Below are positions 8,772-17,969 of a DNA stretch of 64,000 nucleotides, one piece after another (the stretch's first letter is position 1; every line of letters starts with the position of its first letter). The position numbers and the translations under genes are program-made. The notes beneath the pieces were generated by a model. The model did not search any database and was not told the origin of the DNA. It worked only from the letters and a program-made list of their open reading frames with translations. This stretch comes from Acidimicrobiia bacterium (GTDB lineage Bacteria > Actinomycetota > Acidimicrobiia > Spongiisociales > ZC4RG35), in assembly GCA_035462175.1 (NCBI GenBank), contig DATHUP010000065.1:64771-128770 (forward strand). Direction: 5' to 3'.

Positions 8772-8957
8772 ATGAGTCGTGTCGCCCGAATTGCCGGCGG
8801 ATTCACCCTCATCGGGGCAGGCACCGTGATGCTCGTGCTGCCCGGCCCCGGCCTGGTCACCATCTTCGGCGGCCTCACTCTGCTGGGAAAAGACCTGCCC
8901 TGGGCCAAGCGCGTCACCGACGCGGTGAAACGCCGGGCCGTGAACCGGGACCGCTGA
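8772..8957 (+). CDS. small PGPGW-motif membrane protein
   Basis: 61 aa with two hydrophobic helices flanking VLPGPGLV. Confidence 0.6.
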   Translation: MSRVARIAGGFTLIGAGTVMLVLPGPGLVTIFGGLTLLGKDLPWAKRVTDAVKRRAVNRDR

Positions 8958-8965
8958 GCGAGTCT

Positions 8966-9373
8966 CTAGTTGGGCGGGTAGACCCCGGCGTCCTTGGCCT
9001 TGTCCGTCTGCCAGAAGATGTCTGCGATCTCGTCGATCAGCTCCACCAGCTTCCGCCCGTCCTCAGGGTCGACCGACTTCTTGGCGTTCCCCGCCTGGAG
9101 GATCGCCCGCCAGAACAGGTCGTCGAGGTTGGAGAACTCCTTGCGATGATCGGCGGTGAAGAAGTCGACCCAGAGCACCATCAGATGGTGTTTGACCAAC
9201 TCGGCCCGCTCCTCCTTGATCATGATCGCCCGATCGCGAAACACCTCGTCATCCGAGGCCTGGTACTTCTCGGCCGACTTGAGGACCGACATGGCCTCGA
9301 TCTTGGCCTGAGCCGGGTCGTACACCCCGCAGAAGAGATCGCAGTGGGCGTGGGCAACCGTTATCTGCCGCAT
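8966..9373 (-). CDS. sodN: nickel superoxide dismutase precursor
   Basis: MRQITVAHA|HCDLFCGVYDPAQAKIEA. This is the Ni-hook HCxx(P)CGxY directly after a short leader ending in Ala. ATG 9373 chosen; the longer ORF-track N-terminus is rejected. Confidence 0.9.
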   Translation of the reverse strand: MRQITVAHAHCDLFCGVYDPAQAKIEAMSVLKSAEKYQASDDEVFRDRAIMIKEERAELVKHHLMVLWVDFFTADHRKEFSNLDDLFWRAILQAGNAKKSVDPEDGRKLVELIDEIADIFWQTDKAKDAGVYPPN

Positions 9374-9417
9374 GGCACTCCTTCGTTGTCGACGTGGACC
9401 TTCGACCATACCCTGCA

Positions 9418-10389
9418 ATGACGATTCCCATGCAGCGGTTCCGTGTCTCCGAGGACTCGATGCGGCCAACTCTCGTTCCCGGCGACGAGTTCGTCGTCAC
9501 CGGGTCCCGGACGCCGGTGGTCGGCGACATCGTGACTCTGCCTCACCCGGATCGGCCCGACTTCTGGCTGGTCAAGCGGCTCAAGGCCGGCCCCGGAAAC
9601 CGGGTCGACGGGCGGGCGCTGGGGGCGGGTGAGGCCTGGGTGACGTCGGACAATCCGAGGGTCGAGACAGCCGACTCGAACCGGTTCGGCGTGGTGCCGA
9701 TGGCGTCTCTCAAAACCATGGTGACCCGATTCGACGAGACCACATTCCTCGAGGCAGTCGCCCTGCTCAGCAACGAGGAGCCGCCCTTCGCCAGGGTCGT
9801 CGAGGTGCTCGGCCCGCCGCCTTTCTGGCAGCGACCCGCCGGTTTTCCCACCCTGGTCTGGCTGATCATGGAGCAGCAGGTCTCCCTCGAGTCCGGAGCG
9901 GCGATGTACCGGAGACTCCATGGCCTGCTCGGGACTATCACCCCTGAAGCCGTGGCCGGGTCGTCGGACGCCGACCTCCGCGCCATCGGCGTGACCAGGC
10001 AGAAGACGGCTTATCTGCTCGAGTTGGCCAGTTCGATCGTCACCGGCGAGCTCGACCTCGCCGCCCTGGGGGAGGAGACCGTGGTAGATGCGAGACGGAC
10101 ATTGCTCTCGATCAAGGGGATCGGCCCCTGGACCGCCGACGCCTACCTGCTCTCGGCCCTACGCTTCCCCGACGTCTTCCCGGTCGGCGATCGCGCCCTC
10201 CAGGTGGGGACGGCGGAAGTCCTCGATCTCGCCTCGGCCCCGCCCCCCGACGATCTGGACATGCTCTCCTCCCCGTGGCGGCCGGTCCGGGCCGCGGCGG
10301 CCCGCATCATCTGGCACGCCTACCTGAAAACGAGGGGTCGAGTGGAGCCCTCCGACCCGACGGCGGACTCGGGGCACACACCGCTCTGA
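9418..10389 (+). CDS. fusion of a SodX-type S26 peptidase (Ni-SOD maturation protease) with an HhH-GPD DNA glycosylase (AlkA/Mag-like)
   Basis: The N-terminal part, RVSEDSMRPTLVPGDEFVV...GDIVTLPHP...FWLVKRL...WVTSDNP...DSNRFGVVP, carries the S26 Ser/Lys motifs and resembles SodX. The C-terminal part, FPTLVWLIMEQQVSLESGAAMYRRL...GVTRQKTAYLLELA...IKGIGPWTADAYLLSALRFPDVFPVGD, is an HhH-GPD domain. It is one open frame with no internal stop. The start is uncertain (GTG 9394, ATG 9418 or ATG 9430). Confidence 0.75.
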   Translation: MTIPMQRFRVSEDSMRPTLVPGDEFVVTGSRTPVVGDIVTLPHPDRPDFWLVKRLKAGPGNRVDGRALGAGEAWVTSDNPRVETADSNRFGVVPMASLKTMVTRFDETTFLEAVALLSNEEPPFARVVEVLGPPPFWQRPAGFPTLVWLIMEQQVSLESGAAMYRRLHGLLGTITPEAVAGSSDADLRAIGVTRQKTAYLLELASSIVTGELDLAALGEETVVDARRTLLSIKGIGPWTADAYLLSALRFPDVFPVGDRALQVGTAEVLDLASAPPPDDLDMLSSPWRPVRAAAARIIWHAYLKTRGRVEPSDPTADSGHTPL

Positions 10390-10407
10390 CCGGCGTAGAG
10401 TCGGGTC

Positions 10408-10809
10408 ATGACCGAGTTCGTGGTCCGGATGGAGAACCGTCCCGGCCGACTTGCGACGTTGACCGAAGCTCTGGCCGCATTCGGGGTCAACATCGAGGCG
10501 CTGGCGGCGTACGGTCACGACGGAGAGGGGACCGTCCGCCTCATCGTCGACGACGCCCCCACCACTCGCCGGGTCCTCGAAGAGGCCGCCCTCCACAACG
10601 AGGAGCACAAAGTGCTCACCGCTCAGCTCCCCCACCGACCCGGTGAGCTGGCCCGGCTCACCCGGCTACTGGCGGATGCCGGAGTCAACATCGACGCAAT
10701 CTACGTGCTGCGCTCCAACGCAGAAGGGATCGAATTCGCGATCTCGATAGACCAGGGCGACGAGGCGGTGCCCGACCTGCCCATCACCGGCGGCGCATTG
10801 GTGGTCTAA
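10408..10809 (+). CDS. tandem ACT-domain protein
   Basis: Two repeats of the ACT pattern: VVRMENRPGRLATLTEALAAFGVNIEAL and LTAQLPHRPGELARLTRLLADAGVNIDAI. Confidence 0.75.
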   Translation: MTEFVVRMENRPGRLATLTEALAAFGVNIEALAAYGHDGEGTVRLIVDDAPTTRRVLEEAALHNEEHKVLTAQLPHRPGELARLTRLLADAGVNIDAIYVLRSNAEGIEFAISIDQGDEAVPDLPITGGALVV

Positions 10810-10837
10810 GCCCTGCGGGGCGATACTCTGCCGCCGC

Positions 10838-11968
10838 ATGTGGTCCAAACTCGTCGAATTCGTTCGCGCCCGAAAAGCCCTGTCCATCGCCATCGCCGCA
10901 GTCGTGCTGCTCGTTGCCGGAGGAGCCATCTTCATGGCCGTCCGCGCCGACCCGGAGGTCCCCACGACCACCACCAGCCCTCCGCCGACCTCGACCACCA
11001 TGGCGGAGACGACTACGAGCCTGGCCACCTCCACGACGGTCGGCGGCGCGACGTCCCAGATCAACGGCCTCCCGGTCGCAGACCCCGAGCTGCTCGATCG
11101 CCGGCTCCTCGCGGTCAAGATCGACAACCACCCCGACGCCAGGCCGCACTCGGGGATCGAGGACGCCGACGCAGTCATCGAGCTCATGGTCGAGGGCGTT
11201 ACCCGCTTCATCTCCATGTGGCAGCAGAGCGACTCCGAGTTTCTCGGCCCGATGCGATCGGGTCGCCCGACGGATCAGACCCTCCTCGCCTTCTTCAACG
11301 AGCCCAGCTTCGCCATCTCCGGAGCGCAGAGCTGGGTGCAGAACATGATCCGCAGCGTCGGCATCCATCTAGTCGGCGAGGTGGAGCCGGGCACCTTCCG
11401 CGTCCGGGGCCGAAGAGCCCCCCACAACCTCTTCACCAACACGATCCTGCTGCGGGAGTACGCGGACGCCCAGGATCACCCCGATGAGCCGATCGACGGG
11501 CCGATGTGGGTGTTCGGCCCGATGCGTGAGGATGCCGAAGAGGCGAGCAAGGTCTCATTCGACTTCCTGGGCAACCCCGTCGAATGGACCTGGGACGAGA
11601 CCACGGGGATGTGGCTCCGCACCCTCGGGGGCGAAGAGTCGATCACGGTCACCGAGGACGAGGACGAAGACGGGAACGAAGACGGGAACGAGGACGAGAA
11701 CGGGAGCCAGATCGCCTTCCCGGTGCTGGTCGCGCTCTACGTGGAGCAGTACACCGTGGGGGACCTTCCCGCCAGCCGCACTGCGGGCCAGGGCCTGGCT
11801 TACGTCTTTGCCGAGGGCAAGGTGGTCCAGGGCACCTGGCAACGCGACGACATCGACGAGTGGTTCACCCTGGAGGACAACGACGGCGCGACGATCGAGG
11901 TCCCACCCGGTCAGGTTTGGATCTCGCTGATCCCGAACACGACGGGGATCGTGATCGAGCCGAGCTGA
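10838..11968 (+). CDS. membrane-anchored DUF3048-family protein
   Basis: N-terminal TM helix, then a Thr/Pro/Ser linker, then LAVKIDNHPDARPHSGIEDADAVIELMVEGVTRF, which is typical of DUF3048. An acidic EDEDEDGNEDGNEDENG insert is present. Confidence 0.75.
   Translation: MWSKLVEFVRARKALSIAIAAVVLLVAGGAIFMAVRADPEVPTTTTSPPPTSTTMAETTTSLATSTTVGGATSQINGLPVADPELLDRRLLAVKIDNHPDARPHSGIEDADAVIELMVEGVTRFISMWQQSDSEFLGPMRSGRPTDQTLLAFFNEPSFAISGAQSWVQNMIRSVGIHLVGEVEPGTFRVRGRRAPHNLFTNTILLREYADAQDHPDEPIDGPMWVFGPMREDAEEASKVSFDFLGNPVEWTWDETTGMWLRTLGGEESITVTEDEDEDGNEDGNEDENGSQIAFPVLVALYVEQYTVGDLPASRTAGQGLAYVFAEGKVVQGTWQRDDIDEWFTLEDNDGATIEVPPGQVWISLIPNTTGIVIEPS
11666..11689 (+). repeat. perfect 12-bp tandem duplication (GAAGACGGGAAC x2) inside the DUF3048 gene
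   Basis: Read directly. Encodes the in-frame EDGN-EDGN within an acidic low-complexity insert. Confidence 0.6.
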
Positions 11969-11995
11969 CCCTGCGGAAGGCTATGGTCGCCCATC

Positions 11996-13282
11996 GTGTC
12001 CGCTGCCAACCGTATCCGGGATGCGCTCGAAGCCGCCATGGCCACTCAGGGCGCCCTGAACGCATTCACCCTGATCGAGAGTGAGCCGGCACTGGCCCGG
12101 GCCGAAGAGGCCGACTCGGCCGGGGAGGGAGACGAGCCCGGGAGCCTCCTCACCGGGCTCCCGATCGGGCTCAAGGACCTCATCGATCATCAGGGACGGG
12201 TGACCACGGCGGGATCGGCCTTCTACCGCCACCGGCCCGAAAGGTCGGCTTCGGTGGTGACCAGGCTCGAATCGGCCGGGGGGATCGTCATCGGGCGCAC
12301 AGGTCTGCACGAGTTCGCCTTCGGCTTCTCCTCGGAGAACCCGCACTTCGGTCCGGTGCGAAACCCATGGGACGTCAACACCTCCCCCGGCGGCTCGTCC
12401 GGGGGCTCGGCGGCCGCCGTCGCCGCCGGCATAACCCCGATCGCCATCGGGACCGACACCGGCGGGTCGGTTCGGGTGCCGGCCGCACTGTGCGGTTGCT
12501 ACGGGTTGAAGGTCACCCACGGTCGCATCCCCCTCGACGGCGTCTTCCCGCTGGCCTCCTCGATCGACACGGTGGGACCGCTCGCCGACTCGATCGACAA
12601 CCTCGACCGCGCCTACCGGGTCATGTCTGGAGACGACGGCGAGGAGCCCCGCCAGGTCCGACTCCGGATCGGGATCCCTCAACCCTGGGTCGGCGACGCC
12701 CCGACCAACGACGAGGTCGGAGCCGCATTCGAGGCGACCGTGGAGGCATTGGGAGGGTTGGGGCACAGTACCCGTGCAATCGAGATGCCCGACGCCCTCC
12801 CCGACCCGAGGCTCATTCACGCCATCGCCGCCGAGGTGAGCGCGGTCCACAGGTCCTTCCGCGAGCAGGGGCTCCCCTACGGGGAGGACGTGGCCAGACG
12901 GGTGGACGACTGCCTGACGACGACGGGAGAGCAGCTCCAGGCGGGAAAGGAGTGGCAGCTGATGATCCGGGCCCGATTCGCCGAGGCCCTCCACGACCTC
13001 GACTACCTGATCACCCCGACCACTCCGGTCATGCGCAAGGTCATCGGAGAAGACTCGATCGGCGACCGACATTATCGAGCCGTCCTCTCCTGGTTCACAG
13101 CGATGGTGAACCACTCCTTGCATCCCGCCATCGCCCTGCCCCTGTTGGGCACCGGGGCGCCGCCGGTGTCGCTCCAGGCCATTGGGCCGCTCGGCTCAGA
13201 GACAGGTCTCCTCGGGTTCGGTAGATCATTGGAGAGGGCCGGACTGGTCGGGTTCACCCCTGCTCCGAATGGCCTCGAGTAG
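11996..13282 (+). CDS. amidase-signature family amidase
   Basis: GLKDLID...TTAGS...GGSSGGSAAAVAAG...AIGTDTGGSVRVPAALCG is the AS signature with the Ser-cisSer-Lys context. GTG start. Confidence 0.85.
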   Translation: MSAANRIRDALEAAMATQGALNAFTLIESEPALARAEEADSAGEGDEPGSLLTGLPIGLKDLIDHQGRVTTAGSAFYRHRPERSASVVTRLESAGGIVIGRTGLHEFAFGFSSENPHFGPVRNPWDVNTSPGGSSGGSAAAVAAGITPIAIGTDTGGSVRVPAALCGCYGLKVTHGRIPLDGVFPLASSIDTVGPLADSIDNLDRAYRVMSGDDGEEPRQVRLRIGIPQPWVGDAPTNDEVGAAFEATVEALGGLGHSTRAIEMPDALPDPRLIHAIAAEVSAVHRSFREQGLPYGEDVARRVDDCLTTTGEQLQAGKEWQLMIRARFAEALHDLDYLITPTTPVMRKVIGEDSIGDRHYRAVLSWFTAMVNHSLHPAIALPLLGTGAPPVSLQAIGPLGSETGLLGFGRSLERAGLVGFTPAPNGLE

Positions 13283-13400
13283 TGCATGACATCGATAAAC
13301 TGGAACCACGCGGCAACCGGGAGCGGTCTTCTCAGCAGAACCTCTTTTTCAAACCCTGGCGAGACGCGTGCAATGAGAGAAAACAAGGAAGTGAACCAAA

Positions 13401-15275
13401 GTGGTCGACGAGATCGCCACCTCTGACCCTTCAACCACAGCCCATACCGAGACCCTAGACAAAGTAGTGATCCGATTCGCCGGAGACTCCGGCGACGGGA
13501 TGCAGGTAGCCGGATCGAGATTCACCGACGCCAGCGCCCTCTTCGGGAACGACTTGGCCACCCTCCCCTCGTTCCCGGCAGAGATACGCGCCCCGGCAGG
13601 AACCCTTCCCGGCGTCTCCAGCTTCCAGGTCCAAATCGCCGACTTCGACATCCTGACCGCGGGCGACCAACCCGATTGCCTGGTTGCGATGAACCCCGCG
13701 GCGCTGAAGAAGAACCTGAAGGACCTAAGGCAGGGGGGAACGCTGATCATCAACAGCGACTCCTTCGAGGAGCGCAACCTGGCCAAGGCCGGTTACGACA
13801 CCAACCCTCTCGAAGACGGCACCCTGGAGGGCTTCCGGGTCATCAAGGTGCCCATGGACGAGCTGACAAAGGAAGCGGTCAAGGACACGGGAGTCTCCGG
13901 GCGCAGCGTCCTTCGCTCCAAGAACTTCTTCGCCCTGGGCCTCCTCGCCTGGTTGTTCCACCGCCCCACCGAGCCGACCATCGACTGGGCGAGGAAGAAG
14001 TTCGCCCGCACCCCCGAGGTGGCGGAGGCCAACGTCGCCGCATTCCAGGCCGGCTACACGTTCGGTGTCGCCACGGAAGCGGCCAAGATCACCTTCGAGG
14101 TCAAGCCGGCCGCCCTGCGCCCGGGCACCTACACCAACGTGAACGGCAACACCGCCCTGGCCTGGGGGCTGATCGCAGCCTCCCGACTCTCCGGGCTGCC
14201 GTTGTTCTACGGCAGCTACCCGATCACGCCCGCATCGGACATCCTCCACGAGCTGGCCCGGCACAAGAACTTCGGCGTTCGGACCTTCCAGGCGGAGGAC
14301 GAGATCGCAGGAGTGGGCACTGCCATAGGCGCCGCCTTCGCCGGTAGCCTCGCCGTCACCGGTTCCTCGGGCCCTGGCATCGCCCTCAAGAGCGAGGCGA
14401 TCTCTCTGGCCTTCATGATGGAGCTGCCCCTCATCGTCGTCAACGTGCAGAGGGGCGGGCCCTCGACCGGGCTGCCCACCAAGCCGGAGCAATCCGACCT
14501 CCTCTTCTCCCTCTACGGACGTCATGGCGAATCACCCATCCCCGTGCTCGCCATCGCCTCGCCGTCGGATGCCTTCGAAATGACCATCGAGGCGGCTCGC
14601 ATCGCCCTCAAATACATGACCCCGGTGCTCCTCCTCAGCGACAACCAGGTAGCCAACGGCTCCGAGCCGTGGATGCTGCCCGACGTGAGCTCTCTCCCCC
14701 CTATCGAGGTCGAGTTCGCACGGCATCCGAACGGTCCCAACGGCGCCTTCCTCCCCTACATGCGGGATGTGGACACGTTCGCCCGCCCCTGGGCCGTTCC
14801 CGGCACCCCCGGTCTCGAGCATCGGATCGGCGGTCTGGAGAAGGAGGCCATCACCGGGAATGTGTCCTACGACCCGGCCAATCACCAGCTGATGACCGAT
14901 TCCCGGGCCTGGAAGGTGGCAAACATCGTCAACGACGTGCCCGACCTGGTGGTGGACGGTGACGAGGATGCCGATCTGCTGGTGCTGGGATGGGGATCGA
15001 CCTTCGGCTCGATCCGGGCTGCGGCGCGCCGGGTGAGGCTGGACGGGGGCAGGGTGGCCACCACCCATCTCCGTCATCTCAACCCGCTGCCGCGGAACCT
15101 GGGCGAGGTTCTCAATCGGTACGAGAAGATCCTGATCCCCGAGCTGAACACGGGTCAGCTGCGCAAGGTGATCAGGGCCGAGTTCCTGGTCGACGCCAAG
15201 GGCCTGAACAAGGTCGCCGGCGAGCCGTTCAAGATCTCGGAGATCTCGGAAAGAATCGTGGAGATGAGCAAGTGA
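13401..15275 (+). CDS. korA: 2-oxoglutarate/2-oxoacid:ferredoxin oxidoreductase, alpha subunit
   Basis: 624 aa. VIRFAGDSGDGMQVAG...GSYPITPASDILHELA...QAEDEIAGVGTAIGAAFAG. GTG start preceded by AAGGAAG. Confidence 0.9.
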   Translation: MVDEIATSDPSTTAHTETLDKVVIRFAGDSGDGMQVAGSRFTDASALFGNDLATLPSFPAEIRAPAGTLPGVSSFQVQIADFDILTAGDQPDCLVAMNPAALKKNLKDLRQGGTLIINSDSFEERNLAKAGYDTNPLEDGTLEGFRVIKVPMDELTKEAVKDTGVSGRSVLRSKNFFALGLLAWLFHRPTEPTIDWARKKFARTPEVAEANVAAFQAGYTFGVATEAAKITFEVKPAALRPGTYTNVNGNTALAWGLIAASRLSGLPLFYGSYPITPASDILHELARHKNFGVRTFQAEDEIAGVGTAIGAAFAGSLAVTGSSGPGIALKSEAISLAFMMELPLIVVNVQRGGPSTGLPTKPEQSDLLFSLYGRHGESPIPVLAIASPSDAFEMTIEAARIALKYMTPVLLLSDNQVANGSEPWMLPDVSSLPPIEVEFARHPNGPNGAFLPYMRDVDTFARPWAVPGTPGLEHRIGGLEKEAITGNVSYDPANHQLMTDSRAWKVANIVNDVPDLVVDGDEDADLLVLGWGSTFGSIRAAARRVRLDGGRVATTHLRHLNPLPRNLGEVLNRYEKILIPELNTGQLRKVIRAEFLVDAKGLNKVAGEPFKISEISERIVEMSK

Positions 15276-16300
15276 CCTCCCCGTCGTACACACGCGCCGA
15301 CTTTCAGACCGACCAGGAGGTGCGCTGGTGCCCCGGATGCGGCGACTACACCATCCTCGCCTCGGTGCAGCAGTTCCTCGCCGGTCTGGGCCGACCACGC
15401 GAGGAGTTCGTCTTCGTCTCCGGAATCGGTTGTGCAGCCCGTTTTCCCTACTACATGAACACCTATGGGATGCACTCGATCCATGGCCGCGCCCCGGCCA
15501 TCGCCTCGGGCATCGCCTCGACCCGGCCCGAGCTCTCGGTATGGGTGATCACCGGTGACGGGGACGCCCTCTCCATCGGGGGCAATCACCTGATCCATGT
15601 CCTGCGCCGTAACGTCGACCTCAAGATCCTGTTGTTCAACAACCAGATCTACGGCCTCACCAAGGGGCAGTACTCACCGACGTCCGAGGCGGGGAAGACC
15701 ACCAAGTCCTCGCCATACGGGTCGATCGACTACCCGTTCAACCCGGTCTCCCTGGCACTGGGAGCCGAGGCGACCTTCGTGGCCAGGACCCTGGACATGG
15801 ATCGCAACCACACCCAGGACCTGCTCCGGGCCGCCTACGAGCACGAGGGCTCCGCTTTCATCGAGATCTACCAGAACTGCAACGTCTTCAACGACAAGGC
15901 GTTCATCCAGCTCACCGGGAAAGAGGAGCGGGTCCACAACCGGATCGACCTCGAGGCAGGGAAGCCGGTCGTTTTCGACGGCGGGGCCAAGGCCGTGGTG
16001 CTGCGCGACGGCCAGGCGACCATCGTCGACTCGTCGTCGGTCGACCCCGGGGCGATCCTGGTCCACGACCCCACACGGCCCGACCCGGCCGTCGCATTCG
16101 CACTGAGCCGCCTCTCCCACGGCCCCTATGGGCCCACCCCGCTGGGCATCTTCCGCGACGTGAGCCGACCTACCTATGAGGGCCAGATGAATGCCCAGAT
16201 CGAGGCCGCTCGCGAGAAGCAAGGGGATGGGGACCTGTCCGCTCTGATCGCCAGTCATGGCACCTGGACGGTCAAGGACCCCTCCTCCAACGGGGGCTGA
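15272..16300 (+). CDS. korB: 2-oxoglutarate/2-oxoacid:ferredoxin oxidoreductase, beta subunit (TPP-binding)
   Basis: WCPGCGDYTIL...ITGDGDALSIGGNH...NNQIYGLTKGQ. GTG 15272 overlaps the korA stop as GTGA. The ORF-track N-terminus in this frame is rejected. Confidence 0.9.
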   Translation: MTSPSYTRADFQTDQEVRWCPGCGDYTILASVQQFLAGLGRPREEFVFVSGIGCAARFPYYMNTYGMHSIHGRAPAIASGIASTRPELSVWVITGDGDALSIGGNHLIHVLRRNVDLKILLFNNQIYGLTKGQYSPTSEAGKTTKSSPYGSIDYPFNPVSLALGAEATFVARTLDMDRNHTQDLLRAAYEHEGSAFIEIYQNCNVFNDKAFIQLTGKEERVHNRIDLEAGKPVVFDGGAKAVVLRDGQATIVDSSSVDPGAILVHDPTRPDPAVAFALSRLSHGPYGPTPLGIFRDVSRPTYEGQMNAQIEAAREKQGDGDLSALIASHGTWTVKDPSSNGG

Positions 16301-16323
16301 CGGCGATCGCCTCACGGTGTGCG

Positions 16324-16899
16324 TCAGGTGAGGCCGGACTCCACGAACTCGACCAGGGATCTGGCCAAGGCATCGCTATCGAGGTCACCATCCGGGCGGT
16401 ACCACCGTTCCAGCGCGTTGAGGATGGAGAGGATGAGTATCGAGGCGATCTTGGGATCGACATCCTCCCGGAACGATTGCTCACCGATGCCCGAGCCCAG
16501 CACGTCCCGGAAGGCCTGCTCGTAGGCATCACGAGCTGCGATGACCCGGGAGCGATGCCCATCGTCGAGCATGCGGGCCTCGTTGAGGAAGGTCCGGACC
16601 ACGTCCTGGTTGGCCAGCACGACGCCCACGTGACCGCGGATCAAGGCCCGGAGCCGATCGCGGGCAGTCCCCTCGACCGCGAGGGCAGAAGCGGCCGACT
16701 CCTGGAAGAGCCGGGCTCCCTGTTCCACAACCTCGACCAGAAGATCCTGCTTCGAGTCGACGTGTGCGTAGAGGGAAGAGCCCAACATGCCCAGCTCCCG
16801 CCCCAGATCGCGCATCGAAGTGCCGTGATACCCGCGTTCGGCGAAGAGCCGCCCGGCGGCGGCGATGACATCGGCCCGGCTGTTCCTCGTGGTGACCAT
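16324..16899 (-). CDS. TetR-family transcriptional regulator (probable PaaR)
   Basis: ADVIAAAGRLFAERGYHGTSMRDLGRELGMLGSSLYAHV is a TetR HTH. It lies immediately downstream of paaE with a 1-nt stop/start overlap. Confidence 0.8.
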   Translation of the reverse strand: MVTTRNSRADVIAAAGRLFAERGYHGTSMRDLGRELGMLGSSLYAHVDSKQDLLVEVVEQGARLFQESAASALAVEGTARDRLRALIRGHVGVVLANQDVVRTFLNEARMLDDGHRSRVIAARDAYEQAFRDVLGSGIGEQSFREDVDPKIASILILSILNALERWYRPDGDLDSDALARSLVEFVESGLT

Positions 16900-17969
16900 C
16901 AGCGGTGGTCGTAGCGCACGACGACCCGATCCGACATCGGGTGGGACTGGCAGGTGAGCACGTAACCGGCATCCAGCTCCGAGTCGACGAGGGCGTAGTT
17001 CTTGTCCATGCGCACCTCCCCGACCTCGATGCGACCCTTGCACGAGGCGCACATCCCACCCTTGCAGGAGTAGGGCAACTCGGATCTGACCCGCAATGCG
17101 GCGTCGAGGATCGAGCTCTCCGGCGACATACGGGTCTGCACCGCCCGCCCGTCGAGGATGACCGTGAGATCGACCGAGCCCTCCCCGGGTGGAGGCTCGG
17201 GGGGTAGTGAGGCCGGGTCGAGCGGGCCGGCGAAGAAAAGCTCGTCATGGACGCTCCGGTCGTCGACACCGAGGTCGCGCAGAACGCGCCGCGCTGTCGT
17301 CACCAGGTCATATGGGCCACAGAGATACCACGAATCCACCTCTCGCCCGGCGAGCAGCCGGTCGTGGAGGAAGTTGATCTTGCCCTCGTCGATCCGACCG
17401 GCCAGCAGAGGCAGGTCCGACCCCTCCCGGCTGAGGACGTGGAGGAGCTGGAATCGGTCGGGATACCTGTCCTTCAGCCCTTCGAGCTCCTCGAGGAACA
17501 TGACGGTGTTGGCGGTCCGATTGCCCAGGACCAGGGTCCACGACGAGCCAGGCTCGGACTCGAGCGTGGTCCCGATCAGCGATAGGACGGGGGTGATCCC
17601 CGAGCCGGCGGCGATGGCAACCCGGTGACGGCTCGTTGCCGGATCGGGCTCGATGGTGAACTCGCCGGTCGGGGTCGTCACCTCGACCATGTCGCCCGCT
17701 TTGAGCATCCCGGTGGCATAGTTGGAGAAGGCGCCACCGGGGAGTCGTTTGATCCCGACCCGGAGCTTTCCCCCGTTTGCGTTGGAGCAGATCGAATAGG
17801 AGCGGCGCACGTCCTCTCCGTCGATCGTGGCCCGCAGCGTGACATGCTGGCCGGGTAGGTAGCGGAAATCGTCGGCCAGCTCTGCCGGCACGTCGAGGGT
17901 GACGGCCACCGAGTCGTCGGTGAGTGGGGTCACCTCGAGGACTCGGAGAGGGTGGAAGGCGACGCTCAC
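16899..17969 (-). CDS. paaE: 1,2-phenylacetyl-CoA epoxidase reductase subunit (FNR-like domain plus 2Fe-2S)
   Basis: FHPLRVLEVTPLTDDSVAVTL...RSYSICS...GSGITP...C-terminal CKGGMCASCKGRI. GTG 17969 chosen by alignment with the E. coli PaaE N-terminus as I recall it. The 68-aa S/R-rich extension in the ORF track is rejected. Confidence 0.85.
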   Translation of the reverse strand: MSVAFHPLRVLEVTPLTDDSVAVTLDVPAELADDFRYLPGQHVTLRATIDGEDVRRSYSICSNANGGKLRVGIKRLPGGAFSNYATGMLKAGDMVEVTTPTGEFTIEPDPATSRHRVAIAAGSGITPVLSLIGTTLESEPGSSWTLVLGNRTANTVMFLEELEGLKDRYPDRFQLLHVLSREGSDLPLLAGRIDEGKINFLHDRLLAGREVDSWYLCGPYDLVTTARRVLRDLGVDDRSVHDELFFAGPLDPASLPPEPPPGEGSVDLTVILDGRAVQTRMSPESSILDAALRVRSELPYSCKGGMCASCKGRIEVGEVRMDKNYALVDSELDAGYVLTCQSHPMSDRVVVRYDHR

